Assembly: GCA_028023455.1 (NCBI GenBank)
Contig: JAQFVV010000006.1
Coordinates: 13,950,001 to 14,014,000 of the forward strand
Length of the DNA stretch: 64,000 bases
DNA from: Epiperipatus broadwayi
Lineage: Eukaryota; Animalia; Onychophora
Direction of reading: 5' to 3'
This document shows, piece by piece, positions 50,475 through 63,130 of this stretch (its first letter is position 1; every line of letters starts with the position of its first letter). Under the pieces are notes generated by a model, which had not been told where the DNA came from, did not search any database, and saw nothing but the letters and a program-made list of their open reading frames with translations. A program made the position numbers and the translations under genes.

Positions 50475-51420
50475 TATATATATATATATGCTAACTCCTT
50501 GGCTTGCATGGCATACCACTTGTAGGGCGGTCACTTTCCCTTCTATGTATTCCTAAACTTCTATTAATTTGTTCAGCCTTAGCGACCTTCATTTCCTAGG
50601 ATTTATCATCCTGATATTTTATGGTCCTTTGGGCTCTTATAATTTCTAGTCACTAATATATCGATTTATTTAGTATATAAGGTATGCACTACACTAGGCA
50701 AGGCATGGCCCTAGTTTAACCTGGTTCCAAGTCTGTTCAGTTAGCCATGGCTGGCATGTCTTCTTGTCATGGTCCTTGGCATCATTTAGCAATTTGAAGT
50801 ATAATAACTCAATATTGTAATCAATTCCTTTTTCAAAAGTTACTCTATTTCGTGCCGACCAGATGACAAAGTTAACGTAAGTTGCCAATCTAATATTGCC
50901 AAAGGAGCCTTTTTTAAAAGCTTTTGCCATATCCACCCAGGCCCAGTCTTTATCTGTGGTCTTTTGCAGTGTTAAATAGCGTAGTTTAATCCAGATATCA
51001 CATTTCTGAAGAATGTGGGAAATTGTTTCATCGGTTTTCTTGCACGGTGGACATACCAGATTCATTTTATATCTCCACTTGTGGTGGAGGAATGCAGCAG
51101 TTGGTAGGGCCTCGAGGTTAACCTTAATTATAAAATCTACTAGTTTCGCCTCCAGCTTCCAGAACTTTGTTAACCTCGCAAGCCGCTTGATCCCTAGCTG
51201 GAATCTAGTCTCAGTGATGGGACTGCTGCCCTTGATTAGAGCATGAGTGTCCCAATAGGAAAGCTTCCCATTGAAAAGGGAATTGGACATTGTTACATTT
51301 TTAGTCACAAGTGTGACCTGTTGCTGTAACCAAATGTCACCCTTTCTTGGGGGGGGGGGGGAAGCAGTGGGTTCGACCTCATTTATTGCTAGGGGGCTCT
51401 CCATGTTTGGATTATCCTAA
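50475..51420 (-). mobile_element. Tx1/L1-clade LINE 3' fragment (zf-RVT region), ending at (TA)n
   Basis: Uninterrupted 236-aa ORF 50694-51404 with LPT...CPPCKKTDETISHILQKC and IWSARN; higher GC than the flanks. Confidence 0.75.
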
Positions 51421-51872
51421 CGCACTGTTTATGTCTTTATAATGCACAATAAACGATACATTTTTACCTGTAATAAATTAATTACAATCGTTATTATGCT
51501 TTGAGTCAACATTTACAATACTGTATATATATTTTTTATTGTTAAACAGGTTGTTTTGTCGCAATCATAAATTTCTCATTAAATGTTATCTTATATATAA
51601 ATCAAACTTCATATTTTATTGGCGTTTTCAAAATACTTTCCTAATAGAATAACAATTAAAAAATTATAAAGAAACCTGAGAAACAGGTTGGCACATTTTT
51701 CAAAAATTTACATGGGTCAGTTAATTTACGCATTAATAACTTAAACAATATGCAAATAATTAGTTAATTTTTATTTAATAATATTTTAAGTTGAACTTTT
51801 TTTAAATAAAAAAATTAAAACACGCCTTTATTTAATGTTTAAATACATATATAGTAAATATACTTAAGCTAG

Positions 51873-52022
51873 ATGTAATTACACGGAATTTGAACCCAGA
51901 TTTCCAAGCTATTGGAGATCATTTATTTTTCTCACACGTGGTCATGTGTATCGATTGTATAAGTTAAACTGAATGACTAAAGAGAGCTTGGAAGTCTAGG
52001 TTCAAATCCTCTCTAATTATGC
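51873..52022 (+). mobile_element. Family C snap-back; forward part starts at the HHR cleavage site
   Basis: 51873-51910 is the inverse of 51985-52022; forward part starts A-TTGGAGATCATTT (51911), the sequence 3' of the cleavage site at 11720; ends GGTTCAAATCC. Confidence 0.75.
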
Positions 52023-52121
52023 CTTTATATAATGAATAATGTTTCTGTAATGTAATTTTCACTACATCATTCTCATGCAAGGTAGGAAGAAATTGTTTTC
52101 TATCTGCTTTTATCACCTATT

Positions 52122-52231
52122 GAGGAGTGTAATCATAAAAATATATCCAGACATGTGAAAAATATGAATGCTCCCCAAGATGCACATTTTGTGCTGACCA
52201 AACTGGTTATATGTTTATGATTACACCCTCC
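52122..52231 (-). mobile_element. Family C-type snap-back starting within HHR stem II
   Basis: GAGGAGTGTAATCATAAA/TTTATGATTACACCCTC inverted ends; minus strand TCAGCAC-AAAA-TGTGCA-TC/TTGGGG. Confidence 0.6.
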
Positions 52232-55200
52232 ACAAGTTGTAAAAGCGGATAGAATGTTTAATGAAAATTATACTGCAGAATATTAAGTGGATAATTTCTA
52301 ATCTAATGAATGACTAATAAAAACTATTAACATGCCTTTATTTTCTTATATCCATAATACATTTCTTAAAAGAATGTCATCCTCAGTAATATCATATTTC
52401 TTAAAATCCAAATTAATAATTTTAGGGTTCAATAGTTATTGAATAATGTATTGTAGATTTTCTTGTGAATGTGATTAGAAAAAGAACTATTGTTTAATGC
52501 AACTATTATTTTAATTGTGAAGCATAATGATCTACGATCAATTCAACAACCTATGCTGTGTTCATATATTATATACTTCTATTGTGAATTTTAATTGTCA
52601 TGCCATATTAAATGCCACTGTTTTTATTGTGGATTTTTTCACTAGATAATTCATAGTTGGTATAAAAATTCAATAACTGATCATGTGAGTTTATAGCGTC
52701 AATATTCGTATTTGAAACAACTTTACGATTTCAAGAATAGAAGTTATTAAATTAGATTTTGCAGCAAATCTAACATCACGTAGCCTCCTTTCACTGACTG
52801 ATCTGCCCTTCCAAAAAAAAAAAAAAAATTGTAGCCATCTATTTGTTTTATTAAACTTTTTTTCTTCTGGATGAAAAGTTTCACTAAGTGCTCTACCAAT
52901 TTCCAATCTTCATAGCTCCTTGGCCAATAGTGAGTCCTTTGTTCTGCCTCAAGCTTGTATCAAGTAATATTTGCACAAAGCTGTATTTAATTTATAAAAA
53001 TAACAAGCTTCTCTATAGTTTGCATATAAGTGCACTTATTACATTCTGTATAGAGGAAGTATAAACAGTTAACATCATTACATTCTATCTATCTATATTT
53101 ACAGAAAAGTTAGATTTATAATACTTCCCATGAGTATTATCACTACTTCCTGTTTTTATTACTAATAATGATGTGATTCTTATTCGTCTAATGAATTAAT
53201 CTATCAGGCATGTAACCAGAAGGATCTTTGTTCAAGTGAATTCCTATCCTATGTCCAATTCCTGATGGTAAAATAGCAACTGACCGCCAGTTTATAAAAC
53301 ATTTCCCATCATTACTTTCCTAATTCTCAAGGTCTTGAGCTCTTTTTATTTAGTTTGAGTATTAAAAAAGTAATGGTGGTAAAGGTTCAGTAAATTGGGC
53401 AATCAGTTCCGATCTTTGTTCACAATGGTATAATCACTAAGGGTCATTTGCAACCAGGTTTGAAACAGGAGTTCGTTTGGACAAAGATCCCTCTCCCTAC
53501 CATGGAAGTGGAAGAGATTTAAAAAAGTGGTCTAAAAATAGCCTGCCTCGTGCAGTTTTGCTAAACTGTCATGCCTAGTGGATTAATTCATTAAAGGGAG
53601 GGGGGAAATCTCATTAGTATAATAAAGTAGGATATAATGATAATACTAAAGACAAGTATTACAAATCTAATTTGTTTTCTAAATGTAAATATCGCAAATG
53701 CGCAAACCTTGCTTGATACAAACTCAAGGACAAAACAGAGAAATGCATTAGTCACTTAGGGGCTGTTAAAATTTAAAATAGATTGTCTTTCAGAGTGTAA
53801 TAGAACTTTTTTTTGAGTCCAAAATGCTGTGATAGTTAAAGGTTTGTTGTAGTTAGCATATGGAGATGATGAGAAGCTCATAATGACCGAAACCATAAAC
53901 TTACTCAAGTGACTGAAGAAGAAAAAAAAGAAGATAGAAATATATTTGATGAACCAATCTCCAAACCTATGAGATAGCAGTAGTGTTCAACTGGGAACTA
54001 TTCATTTGTCATTCTCAGTTAACCCTTATATCTGAAGGCCATTTCACTATCTGCTACTTACAGAGCCCAATACCCTGAACATAGTAACCTGACAAGTAAA
54101 ATACTTTTGTTTCTCATAATGATATATATATATAATGTGTATGACTTTACTGTACAGCAATTTATAAGAAGTTAAGTGCCAGATTTGATCCTGGGATCCC
54201 AGATCGGATGCCCTACGCCAAACCCACATAGGGTGTGATAAAGAAAAGGTAAATAAAAATCATGAGAAATCTTGAGTTAAAAAAATACAATTAAAAAAAA
54301 AATGTTATAAAATCGATAACATTTGTATTAAAAGTCAAGATGATCAATAGAAGAAATAAATGAAGGAAGTTAAATAAATTTCCAGGGTCAACATGAATTG
54401 TGAAATTAAACAAACAGTAATTAACAAACAATGTCAAATAAACAATAATTATCAAGAGTTCCTCTTTCGTTGTTATTAATAGATTTAAAAAAAAAATGAT
54501 TACATAATTTAATCAGCAAATAATATTTGCATGTGTGTATGTATGCTGCAAACGAAATTTGTGCTTTAAATAACAAAAATATAATTTTATAAATATTAAT
54601 GTATTTAAATTATATAAATGTTATATTTTTTCTGACAACAAGAAAATGTGTGTGGAAAATATAAAATTTACAGAAAAATAGCTACATGAATAACCTCATA
54701 TTTGACTCATAAGTTTCCTAGTATTGATTAATGAATATGCTTAATAATGGATAAACATATTGCTACACCTTTGCACAACAATAACTATAAGAAATGGCCA
54801 TTTTTAAGTCCTAATCCTGATTTACTAAAACTACAACTTCTGCACGGATGGCTCATTTTGAGTCCTATCCTAATTTGTTAAGACAAATAAAGTAAATCCT
54901 CCTATATGGATACAGATATATTTAAAGTATAAGCCCAACTGCACAAAATCTAATTCTCAGCAACCAAAACTATGAGCAAATAAATCTGATGGATACAATT
55001 AAATCATTAATTTAAAGCTAGTAATAATTACTTACTATAATTATTTAACACTTGGATAACTTAGGCACAAATACATTGTGTTTAAAATGAATATTGGTTT
55101 TTTTTAAACAGACAATTTATATAAAGTAACATTTGGTTAACATGTATAAAAAGAAGTTATTTACAAAATGTTAACACAATGTACATATATAATACAGAGT

Positions 55201-55544
55201 GAATTTTTTTCCCCAGTTGCATTAAAATACAACTAACTTTAATCATTTTTTTTCTTTTTTAAACTGAAAAATTTCTACAAAATAATAGTCAACTAATATG
55301 TATTAAAAAATTCTTTACAAAATATTAACATAACATATACATATAGTACAGAGTGGATTTTTTTCTTTATTTCAACTGCATTAAAATGCAATTATATTTT
55401 TTGTTTTTAAAAAAAAACTTTTGCTTACTGTTTTGAAACATTCATAAGATATAGCACATTAGTACTAAATGTAAACTTAAAATATTTACAATAAAGTCTA
55501 AATAATTCGTTTAAATGTAAAATTTGCATAGCAATATAACCGTA

Positions 55545-55730
55545 TTTTGTTTTCTTCTTGGTGGGAAGCATTAAACAGTTTACATGAAACCATAAGCTTT
55601 GTGCTTTGAAATAAGCTTTGTTTCTCAACAATATAACCAGTTTGTTTTCTTCTTGATGGAAAGCTTTATAACAGTTCACATGTGACCATAAGCTTTGTAC
55701 TTTGAAATAAGCATTGTGTTTTCATTTTCA
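55545..55730. repeat. Diverged tandem duplication, ~93 bp
   Basis: TTCTTCTTG.TGG.AAGC.TT..AACAGTT.ACATG..ACCATAAGCTTTGT.CTTTGAAATAAGC twice. Confidence 0.8.
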
Positions 55731-56859
55731 GCAGGTTCATTCAAACATATCATGTCAAATTTCTAAAGATATCCAGGGCAAATTAGCAGGTGATGCTTTT
55801 TCCTTCTTTTATTCACTAAGGTTAATGAAGGTCCAACATGGTTTAAAAAAAGGTCAGAATGCAATAAAAAAATTGATTTTTTTTATAAGTTTTACTTCTT
55901 TCTGTTTTAACAGCTCATTCCAGTGGGATTTGCCAGAATTTCCCCCCCTTTTTTTATCTAATGCATTATTTGACAAGAGTTTTAAATTTTTGTTTTAATT
56001 TTTTTAAATCTCTTGCTGATGTGGGGATCCATATGGCTGACATTAAAATGAACAATACATTACTCATTTCAATATATATGAAATACACATTAACTTAAAA
56101 ACATATACTATATAAAATTCTATTTTTATATATATAAATTATTTTTATTATCTTAATGTTTATAATTTTTAAATTAAATTATCCCATAGATAAGTATATG
56201 CTGTGTATGCGTGCGTTAAAACATAGTATATACTACTCCGTTTTTTGGTTAATTATTTTTGTTGTTACATTAAATTAATTGCGTCAGTTTGTATATCATT
56301 TTAAAAACATCTGGACTATAAATAAATGTATTAGTAACATGATTTGCTATAATGCATAGATTTTGGATAACTGCGGAAGAATTATGTAACAAATGGCTGT
56401 GGGCAGATGAATCCTAGTGTGTAACAATTTTAATTGTGACATTTCACTATCTATAAATAAAAAAGTACTTTAAGAAATGCAACAATAATTTTCAACTGTA
56501 ATATAGTTAAGTTTTACTTGAAGGAAGACAATAAAACTTAAAAAATGAGATTTTATTTATTTCAATGATTGGTTTTTAAAAGAATTAATCTGAATAAGGA
56601 TACTGTTTCGATTTCTTGGAAGGTTTTTTTTAACACTAACATCAGGGAGGAAATTTAAAAAATAAGAGTAAGTACTGATAGGTAGATAAGACAACAAATC
56701 ATTTAAGATTCTGAGAAATAAACAGTTTTATTAGTAGAAATATTACTAACTTAAATAAATAATTAGCTCTTATTTTTCTTTCAAAATTAGTCCAATAATT
56801 CCAATTTATAAAAATTATAATTTCCATAAACACTTTCTTTGCAAATCTTAATTAATTTA

Positions 56860-57185
56860 TGAATCAAATTTTTTTACGTTCATATAAATATATATCATCC
56901 TACAATGACATCTTTGTTTCAGCCATTTTCAAGGTCTACTTTCAATTATTCCAGTTATATATTTATTGTCACCAGTCTTGCTGTGATTGGAATGAATAAT
57001 GTTTTAGAATACTTATGAGCTATTTTACGAATAAATTTTTTTTTACGTTCATATAAATATATATTGTCCTATAATGACATCTATGCCTCAGCCATTTTCA
57101 AGGTCTACTTCCAATTATTCCAGTTATAGGTTATTGTTACCAGTTTTGCTGCGATTGGAATGAATAATGTTTCAGAATACTTAGG
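56860..57185. repeat. Tandem duplication, ~170 bp
   Basis: TTTTTTACGTTCATATAAA...CAGCCATTTTCAAGGTCTACTT...GATTGGAATGAATAATGTTT.AGAATACTTA twice. Confidence 0.9.
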
Positions 57186-60100
57186 TCTCTGTAAGATTTG
57201 TATTTTGAGGTCATAATGTACTATTAAATGCAATCTACATATTCCGCAAATTTATCTATTTCTGAAGACAGCAAAGTTGGTCATGAAAAATTCATAGCAG
57301 GAATTATAGAAAATAAACCTTGAATATGGCCATAAAATATTTGAAATGGTTGAATAAACAAGATTTGTAAAAAAAATAAAAATATTGCTATATATTCTAC
57401 CAAATTTTTGTTTTTATCTCTATACTATTTATTTTGAGCTATTTTGACAAACATTCTTAATTATAGATAATTATTAATCATTTTCAGAGTATTTCTTATA
57501 TTAAAATGGTATATTTTGGAACACATCCTGGTTCGCCTACTATGTCCCATAATAGTAATGATTCTACATTTAAACCTACCAAGTACATGTATACCCACAT
57601 ATGTACATGTATACCTGCATATATTTATGTATACTTATGTTAAATTAAATGCATGTCTGTGTAAACATCATTATATATGTATGGATACACTTATGTATAT
57701 GTGTGGGAGCTGTGCGGTGAAACTGATTTAATACCATTACAGCACGATTATAATTACAAATCTTTAATTTAATAAAATGTATATGTATACGTTTATTCAT
57801 CATTTGTTCAAACATTACATATATATTCTCAATTCCACAGGTGACCAACACACACACACACACATATATATATAACAAAATGTTTACGCAGAAATTATTT
57901 AGTTTCTATAAAAATATTAAATAGTCCTTCCTAAAAAGATCACACCACATGCACCTGTTTTAGATCTACATGGAGGTCAAATATAAAATCTTAAAATAAC
58001 AAATTTTAAAGTACACCTCAGTCAAAACAAATGTGATCATGCAGCACTATTTTCTCTTTGCTAGAGAATCCCGTTTGTTTTTACTGGGATGTAAAAAGTT
58101 AACAAAAGAATGTTAAATTTGAAGATTAAAAATAAAAGTTGTAAACAAGCTAAGCAAATACGACAGGGGGATCAGAATAGTAGTATATAAGCCCCCATTT
58201 TTCAGCACTCAAGAACTTTCTTATAATATAATCTAAGCAGTTGCCACTGGGAGCTATGCCCATTGAAATTTTGACACGAGTGGCTAGGAAGGCCACATCT
58301 TTGCTATCTTCCTATGGAAGAATAGTGATCTTCAGCCCATCCTGCAGGCTTCCCAGCAGTCATTAATGTGACTGGGAAGGAGGAATTCAATACCACCAGC
58401 TGCCAAGAGAAAACATCAAGGGAGAACAACCTATCCAGAGATGTGATGGTGCCCACTACAAATGCCAGACAGCTCAGCCTTAAGAAGAAATTGGTCATTT
58501 TCTTCACTGCACAGCTCTATAAATCTATTAAACTTATAATAATTTAATTATCTAACTATGAATGCTTATAAAGTCATAATTCATAATTAATTAAATCTTT
58601 AATTAAAATAAATCTATAAATGTAATTGCAAAAGTTTGCCTATTAATATAAATTTAAAATTAAGTTTCTAAATTATAATAACTAAATGATTTATTAATTT
58701 AATCTTTTCTATAATCTGTGGCCATGCCTAATTTTTATTAATTATTTGATTTCATTTTAAATTTATGTCATATGCTATGCCATCATTTCAAAGCAGGGAG
58801 AATTAATGTAAATCTTTGGGGAGAGACGATTAGAAGCTCTCTAGTAAAATGTTTCATTATTTTTTAACCAACATAAATCACTGCTTTGAAATCTATTCTC
58901 ACATATAACAACAGACCGCTATGCGTTCATTGTTATATACATGTGTTTTACTTAAGCTGACATGTATTAGCTTATTAAAGAGGTTTACAATTATTGTTAT
59001 GACTTAGTTAAATAATGGTCAGGGATGATATCGCAAGCATATTTGTTATTATAAAACCTGAAATATGCTTTTCCCTCCCTAGTTAATTATAAAGGAATAT
59101 ATACAGATTCCATTAATTAAAACTAGATTGCTATTAATGAGCTCCTCTTCACATGATTAAGATATGCTAATTTGAGAACTGGGTCAATGTAGTTTCTGCT
59201 GAATGAAGCTATAGATTTAAGTGCATTTTAAATTTGTTTTTAATCTATTAGTATTATTTATAAATACTACGAATGTGGTTTTATTAAGTACTGTTTTGTA
59301 TTATGCCTTTCTATGCTTTCTTTTAAATGGGCTCATGGTGACAGGCCATCCCATTATTTGGTTCAGATAGTTAGACTTCTAGAACTGGAACTGGAACAAG
59401 AGGGTCCAGAATCATACTTACAACTGCTATAACATACCAAAGTAAATGTTCTTTATTGCACTAGCAAGTCGTATGTCAAATGAAACAGAGTACCAGGTAT
59501 TTAATCCTATGAATAACTTACACATTCATACTGCAATCTTTAATTTAGTATTCAGTACCATAGTCTCAGATGCCCATCTATGGTAACCAGTTCGTTCACC
59601 CTATTAGTTAGCTTTGTCACTGGTCCGAACCTGGAATCTGGTTTACCTAGAGAATTTGTATGTGAGCATATTAATTCCTCACTGATAATATTTTGGAATT
59701 AGCAACTTAATGCTATATATATATATATATATTATGTCATCCTGCTAATATTTAGCTTTTTGCTTGCAAACCTCGAGGATAGTTGGAATATCATATAGGC
59801 ATGTTTGCAAATAGTAAATTATAACAAATCATATAAAGTTCATTATTATTATTGAGACTTCTGTGTTGTAATTATCTCATCTCTATTGTAACACCTGCGC
59901 ATGTAAAGCTCTGCAACCAATGCGCAATTTTCTGTTTTTATGCTTAATTAGTTTATTTAGTTTTTGTTTATTAAAGATATTTAAAATGTAATACTGTTTA
60001 GTGTATCTCTTGCAATCCACTCCAAATCAACCCAAATTAGTATAAATTTATTAGTATGTATATGCATTAGCCTATTAAGTGTTGAAGTGTCTATTTAATA

Positions 60101-61883
60101 TTATTATTAAATTATTAATTATTCCACTGAGTCTCATGTTTCATGCTGTTCTCAGCTGGATTACGAATTAAGTTGAGACTGAGTGTAACCTCATAAGTGT
60201 CATCCATAGAGTATTAAATCACGGAGTGCTGGTAAATGAGTTGAAGTATGGTCAGACTCGAGGTCTCAATCCCTCATCTGGATCAGATTTGGTGTAATTT
60301 GCCTGAACTCTGGATTTTGTTGCGTGAATGGACAAATATGACCGTTAGAATATATACCCAGATTTATAGGTAAAGGACATGGTACAATCGATATTTGCTT
60401 TTAGGAACTGTAATCTATTCATTTATTCCAGGGCCATTTATCATAAGCTTGAGTTATCAGGTATTAATAGTACAACACCCATCCTCAAAAGTCTTTCTTA
60501 CTAATGGTCTTTGTCAATAAGGAGCTTTGTATTACTTGCACCCATGCATTCAGCAAACATTTTGTCTTATACCAGCAGGTTAATGGCTTCCAATTCCAAA
60601 ATGACTTATGACTTTAAATCCAAATCAATATGTTTATATAATATTGGTTTGACATTAAACGAGTAAGGTATATACTTTAGTGATCTTAATTTAATGTAAA
60701 CTGCAGTATCTTTCATCCTTTGGCAAGGACGATATAGCAACAGAATATCGTAGCCAATTGGTGAAACAGAAGTTATTAAAATATGTGGTTATTCGCTTAC
60801 TATCATAACTATACACTAAAACACATGGCTTGGAATCAAATCTTTAAAATATTTTTAATATTTCAGGATATTAGGTTGACTTTGAGAGAAAAATTACCCA
60901 AAAACTAGAGTAGAAGTGGATTATAACTATTTTTCAAACTTTTTGCATTTATGGATCCCTTATAAATAAACATAAAAAAATTGCGGGATACAATTAAAGC
61001 AGAAAGCACTCAAAGCGAAGAAGCACTAAAATAACATTTAATATGTTTCCCCATGCAATTTAGCACAATGGATGAGTATGAGACTGGAATGTGAGCTCCT
61101 AGGATCGATTCTAGTGCTGGCGCTCCTGTTGTTTAAACTTCTTACGAACTCTTGATTAATAATGCCATTTGAATATTTTTTAATGTTCATCCAAAAATTT
61201 ATAATAATGGCATTTGTATGTTGGAGTTTTTCCATCATATAGCCTAATTGTTAAATGTTTTTAGAGAAATTCTAACTTTATTTGTACTTTTCCAAATACA
61301 TTCAATCATTAGTAATATACTTATCGGACAAACGTAAGTGGAGAAATATAAATAAAATTTGAATTTTTCAAGAAACACTTAACAAAGTAGATGATGAAAA
61401 TAGTCCGATGGATAATTACAATTAAAATAGTATTATACTAATAAAAATTTAATTATAATTTTGTTATTTTAGTGAATTAAAAAATGTAACTAACATATTT
61501 AAAACACTGAAAGTCGGATACTTGGGCAAGTTTGCTTTATATCAGACATCTTTAAAATTTGGAATTATAGACCTTATTCAATCTATTTCTATGTTTGCTT
61601 ATTTATTTTCCTACTGAACATAGAGAAAAAGTTTATTAACTTAAATACAATGTATAGTTAGAAATCTTATTACGACTTTTGCATTTACAGCTAGTCCACT
61701 AATAAACCAACCCAAAAACTTTAACTGTTCTTTAAAATTTTTTATTTCACTATAAAATTCATTATGTCTATTTATTTTTCCTTTCTTATGAGGAAAATTG
61801 CTTAACTTAATAAATCTACAAGTGGATTTTCAATCCAGAATAGAATTTCATCTTTGGCTGGAAAATAGGGTTAATGTTTTATG

Positions 61884-62272
61884 CTGGAACAGTCCAAAAT
61901 ATGGCCCATGGGCCATATGCAGCCTGCAGAGAGAGTTTGTGCACACGTCTAGAGGTTTTGATTTTTTTTGAGTAAAAAAATAAATTAATTTAAACTGAAT
62001 GCTTATTAGATATTTTAATTCTATCACTAATTGATAATCTTGATATTATCTGATGTTTTTACATCACCATATACTCATATGTCAAAAAAGTGGTCTTGAA
62101 CTGTTTCATAAACAAAGTTAAATTCTTACAAAGCTCTCATTAAAAATATATTCTAAACAATTATTGTTTCTTGCCTACTGCTTCAATAAAAATATTTATA
62201 ACATTTGGATGCGATCCTCAGATAAATATTGGCTTTTAATGTGGTCTTTGGGTACTATGATTGGATAGTCTT
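61884..62272. mobile_element. Decayed hAT-type MITE
   Basis: GTCCAAAATATGGCCCATGGGCCATATGCAGCCTGC at left and ATGTGGTCTTTGGG...ATTGGATAGTCTTG at right; GTTTTATG/GTTTTATA flanks. Confidence 0.45.
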
Positions 62273-62399
62273 GTTTTATAGATATCCTAGACATGTTGCA
62301 AAATTATATCATTTGTTTTGACTTAAGGAAATTTCATATGATATTAAAACTACAAAGATTTTTAAAATACTCCTAATTTTCATCTGTCTAGAGTTTTAC

Positions 62400-63130
62400 T
62401 TTATATCAAAGTACATCCATCTTACCTCAGCCTTTGAAACATATGACAGAGATAATTTCATTGCAAGATTGGTCTTTTTAAACATGCCACCGGATCAGAA
62501 TATACCACTTTTGCCAACTAACACTGAAGATAGTTCAAAAGGATGTTTGGATAGACAGATGCCATATTTCTTTGTGCGATTTGAAAAAAATATGATAACA
62601 TCTTTCTAAGAGTTTCAGCACATGTAGTCTTCATATTTTTACATAATGAAGACTCATGCATTTGGAGGTCTTTCTTAATTTAATAAATAAAACTGGCCAT
62701 TTATATAGCATCATCTACTACTACTAATTTAATATCTTGAGGCATATATTCTACTGCTAGTCCTTCATTATGAAGACATCATTTGATTCTTTTAACATTT
62801 GACTATTTCCTTTTTATTCATACACGAGAAGCAGAAAGTTTCCCATCAGAACTGCATCTCCGCCATTACAAATGTTTGAACAAAACTCCCAAGGAAATTC
62901 ATTTTTTTCCATAAACAAATTAATCTAATTAAATATTGCTTTTTCAGTAGTATAACTCTCTAAAGACTTGCAGATTAATAAATTTTCTTTGATGTTATCT
63001 CCATAAGTATACTGTGCAAATTATCAAACCAGCCAATCAGCTATATTTACTGGTTTCATCCATTTAAGAACAGAATATTGAGTTCATTTAATTCATCTTA
63101 TTAGCTTATGTTCACAGAAATTTGAAATTT
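62400..63130 (-). pseudogene. hAT Charlie/Buster-like (ZBED5/SCAND3-type) transposase remnant
   Basis: Frameshifted minus frames: MDETS; QYTYGDNIKENLLICKSLESYTTEKAIFN; CLHNEGLAVEYMPQDIKLVVVDDA; EVRW. Confidence 0.8.

Noticed and set aside
55425-55998. ORFs of 84 and 94 aa
   Set aside because: They overlap a tandem duplication, show no recognisable domain and have AT-rich random-like composition.
57190-57360. MULE-like peptide and CTGAAGA...GAAA motif
   Set aside because: Protein similarity is too weak, and five extra nucleotides between stem II and GAAA break the HHR geometry.
58295-58337. Minus-strand CTGAAGA plus long hairpin as an HHR
   Set aside because: It is followed by CAAA rather than GAAA and has no stem I or III.
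59880-60660. Possible Gypsy integrase tail or LTR (TGTAAC start, GP..I motif)
   Set aside because: Many stops, no second LTR, PBS or PPT identified.
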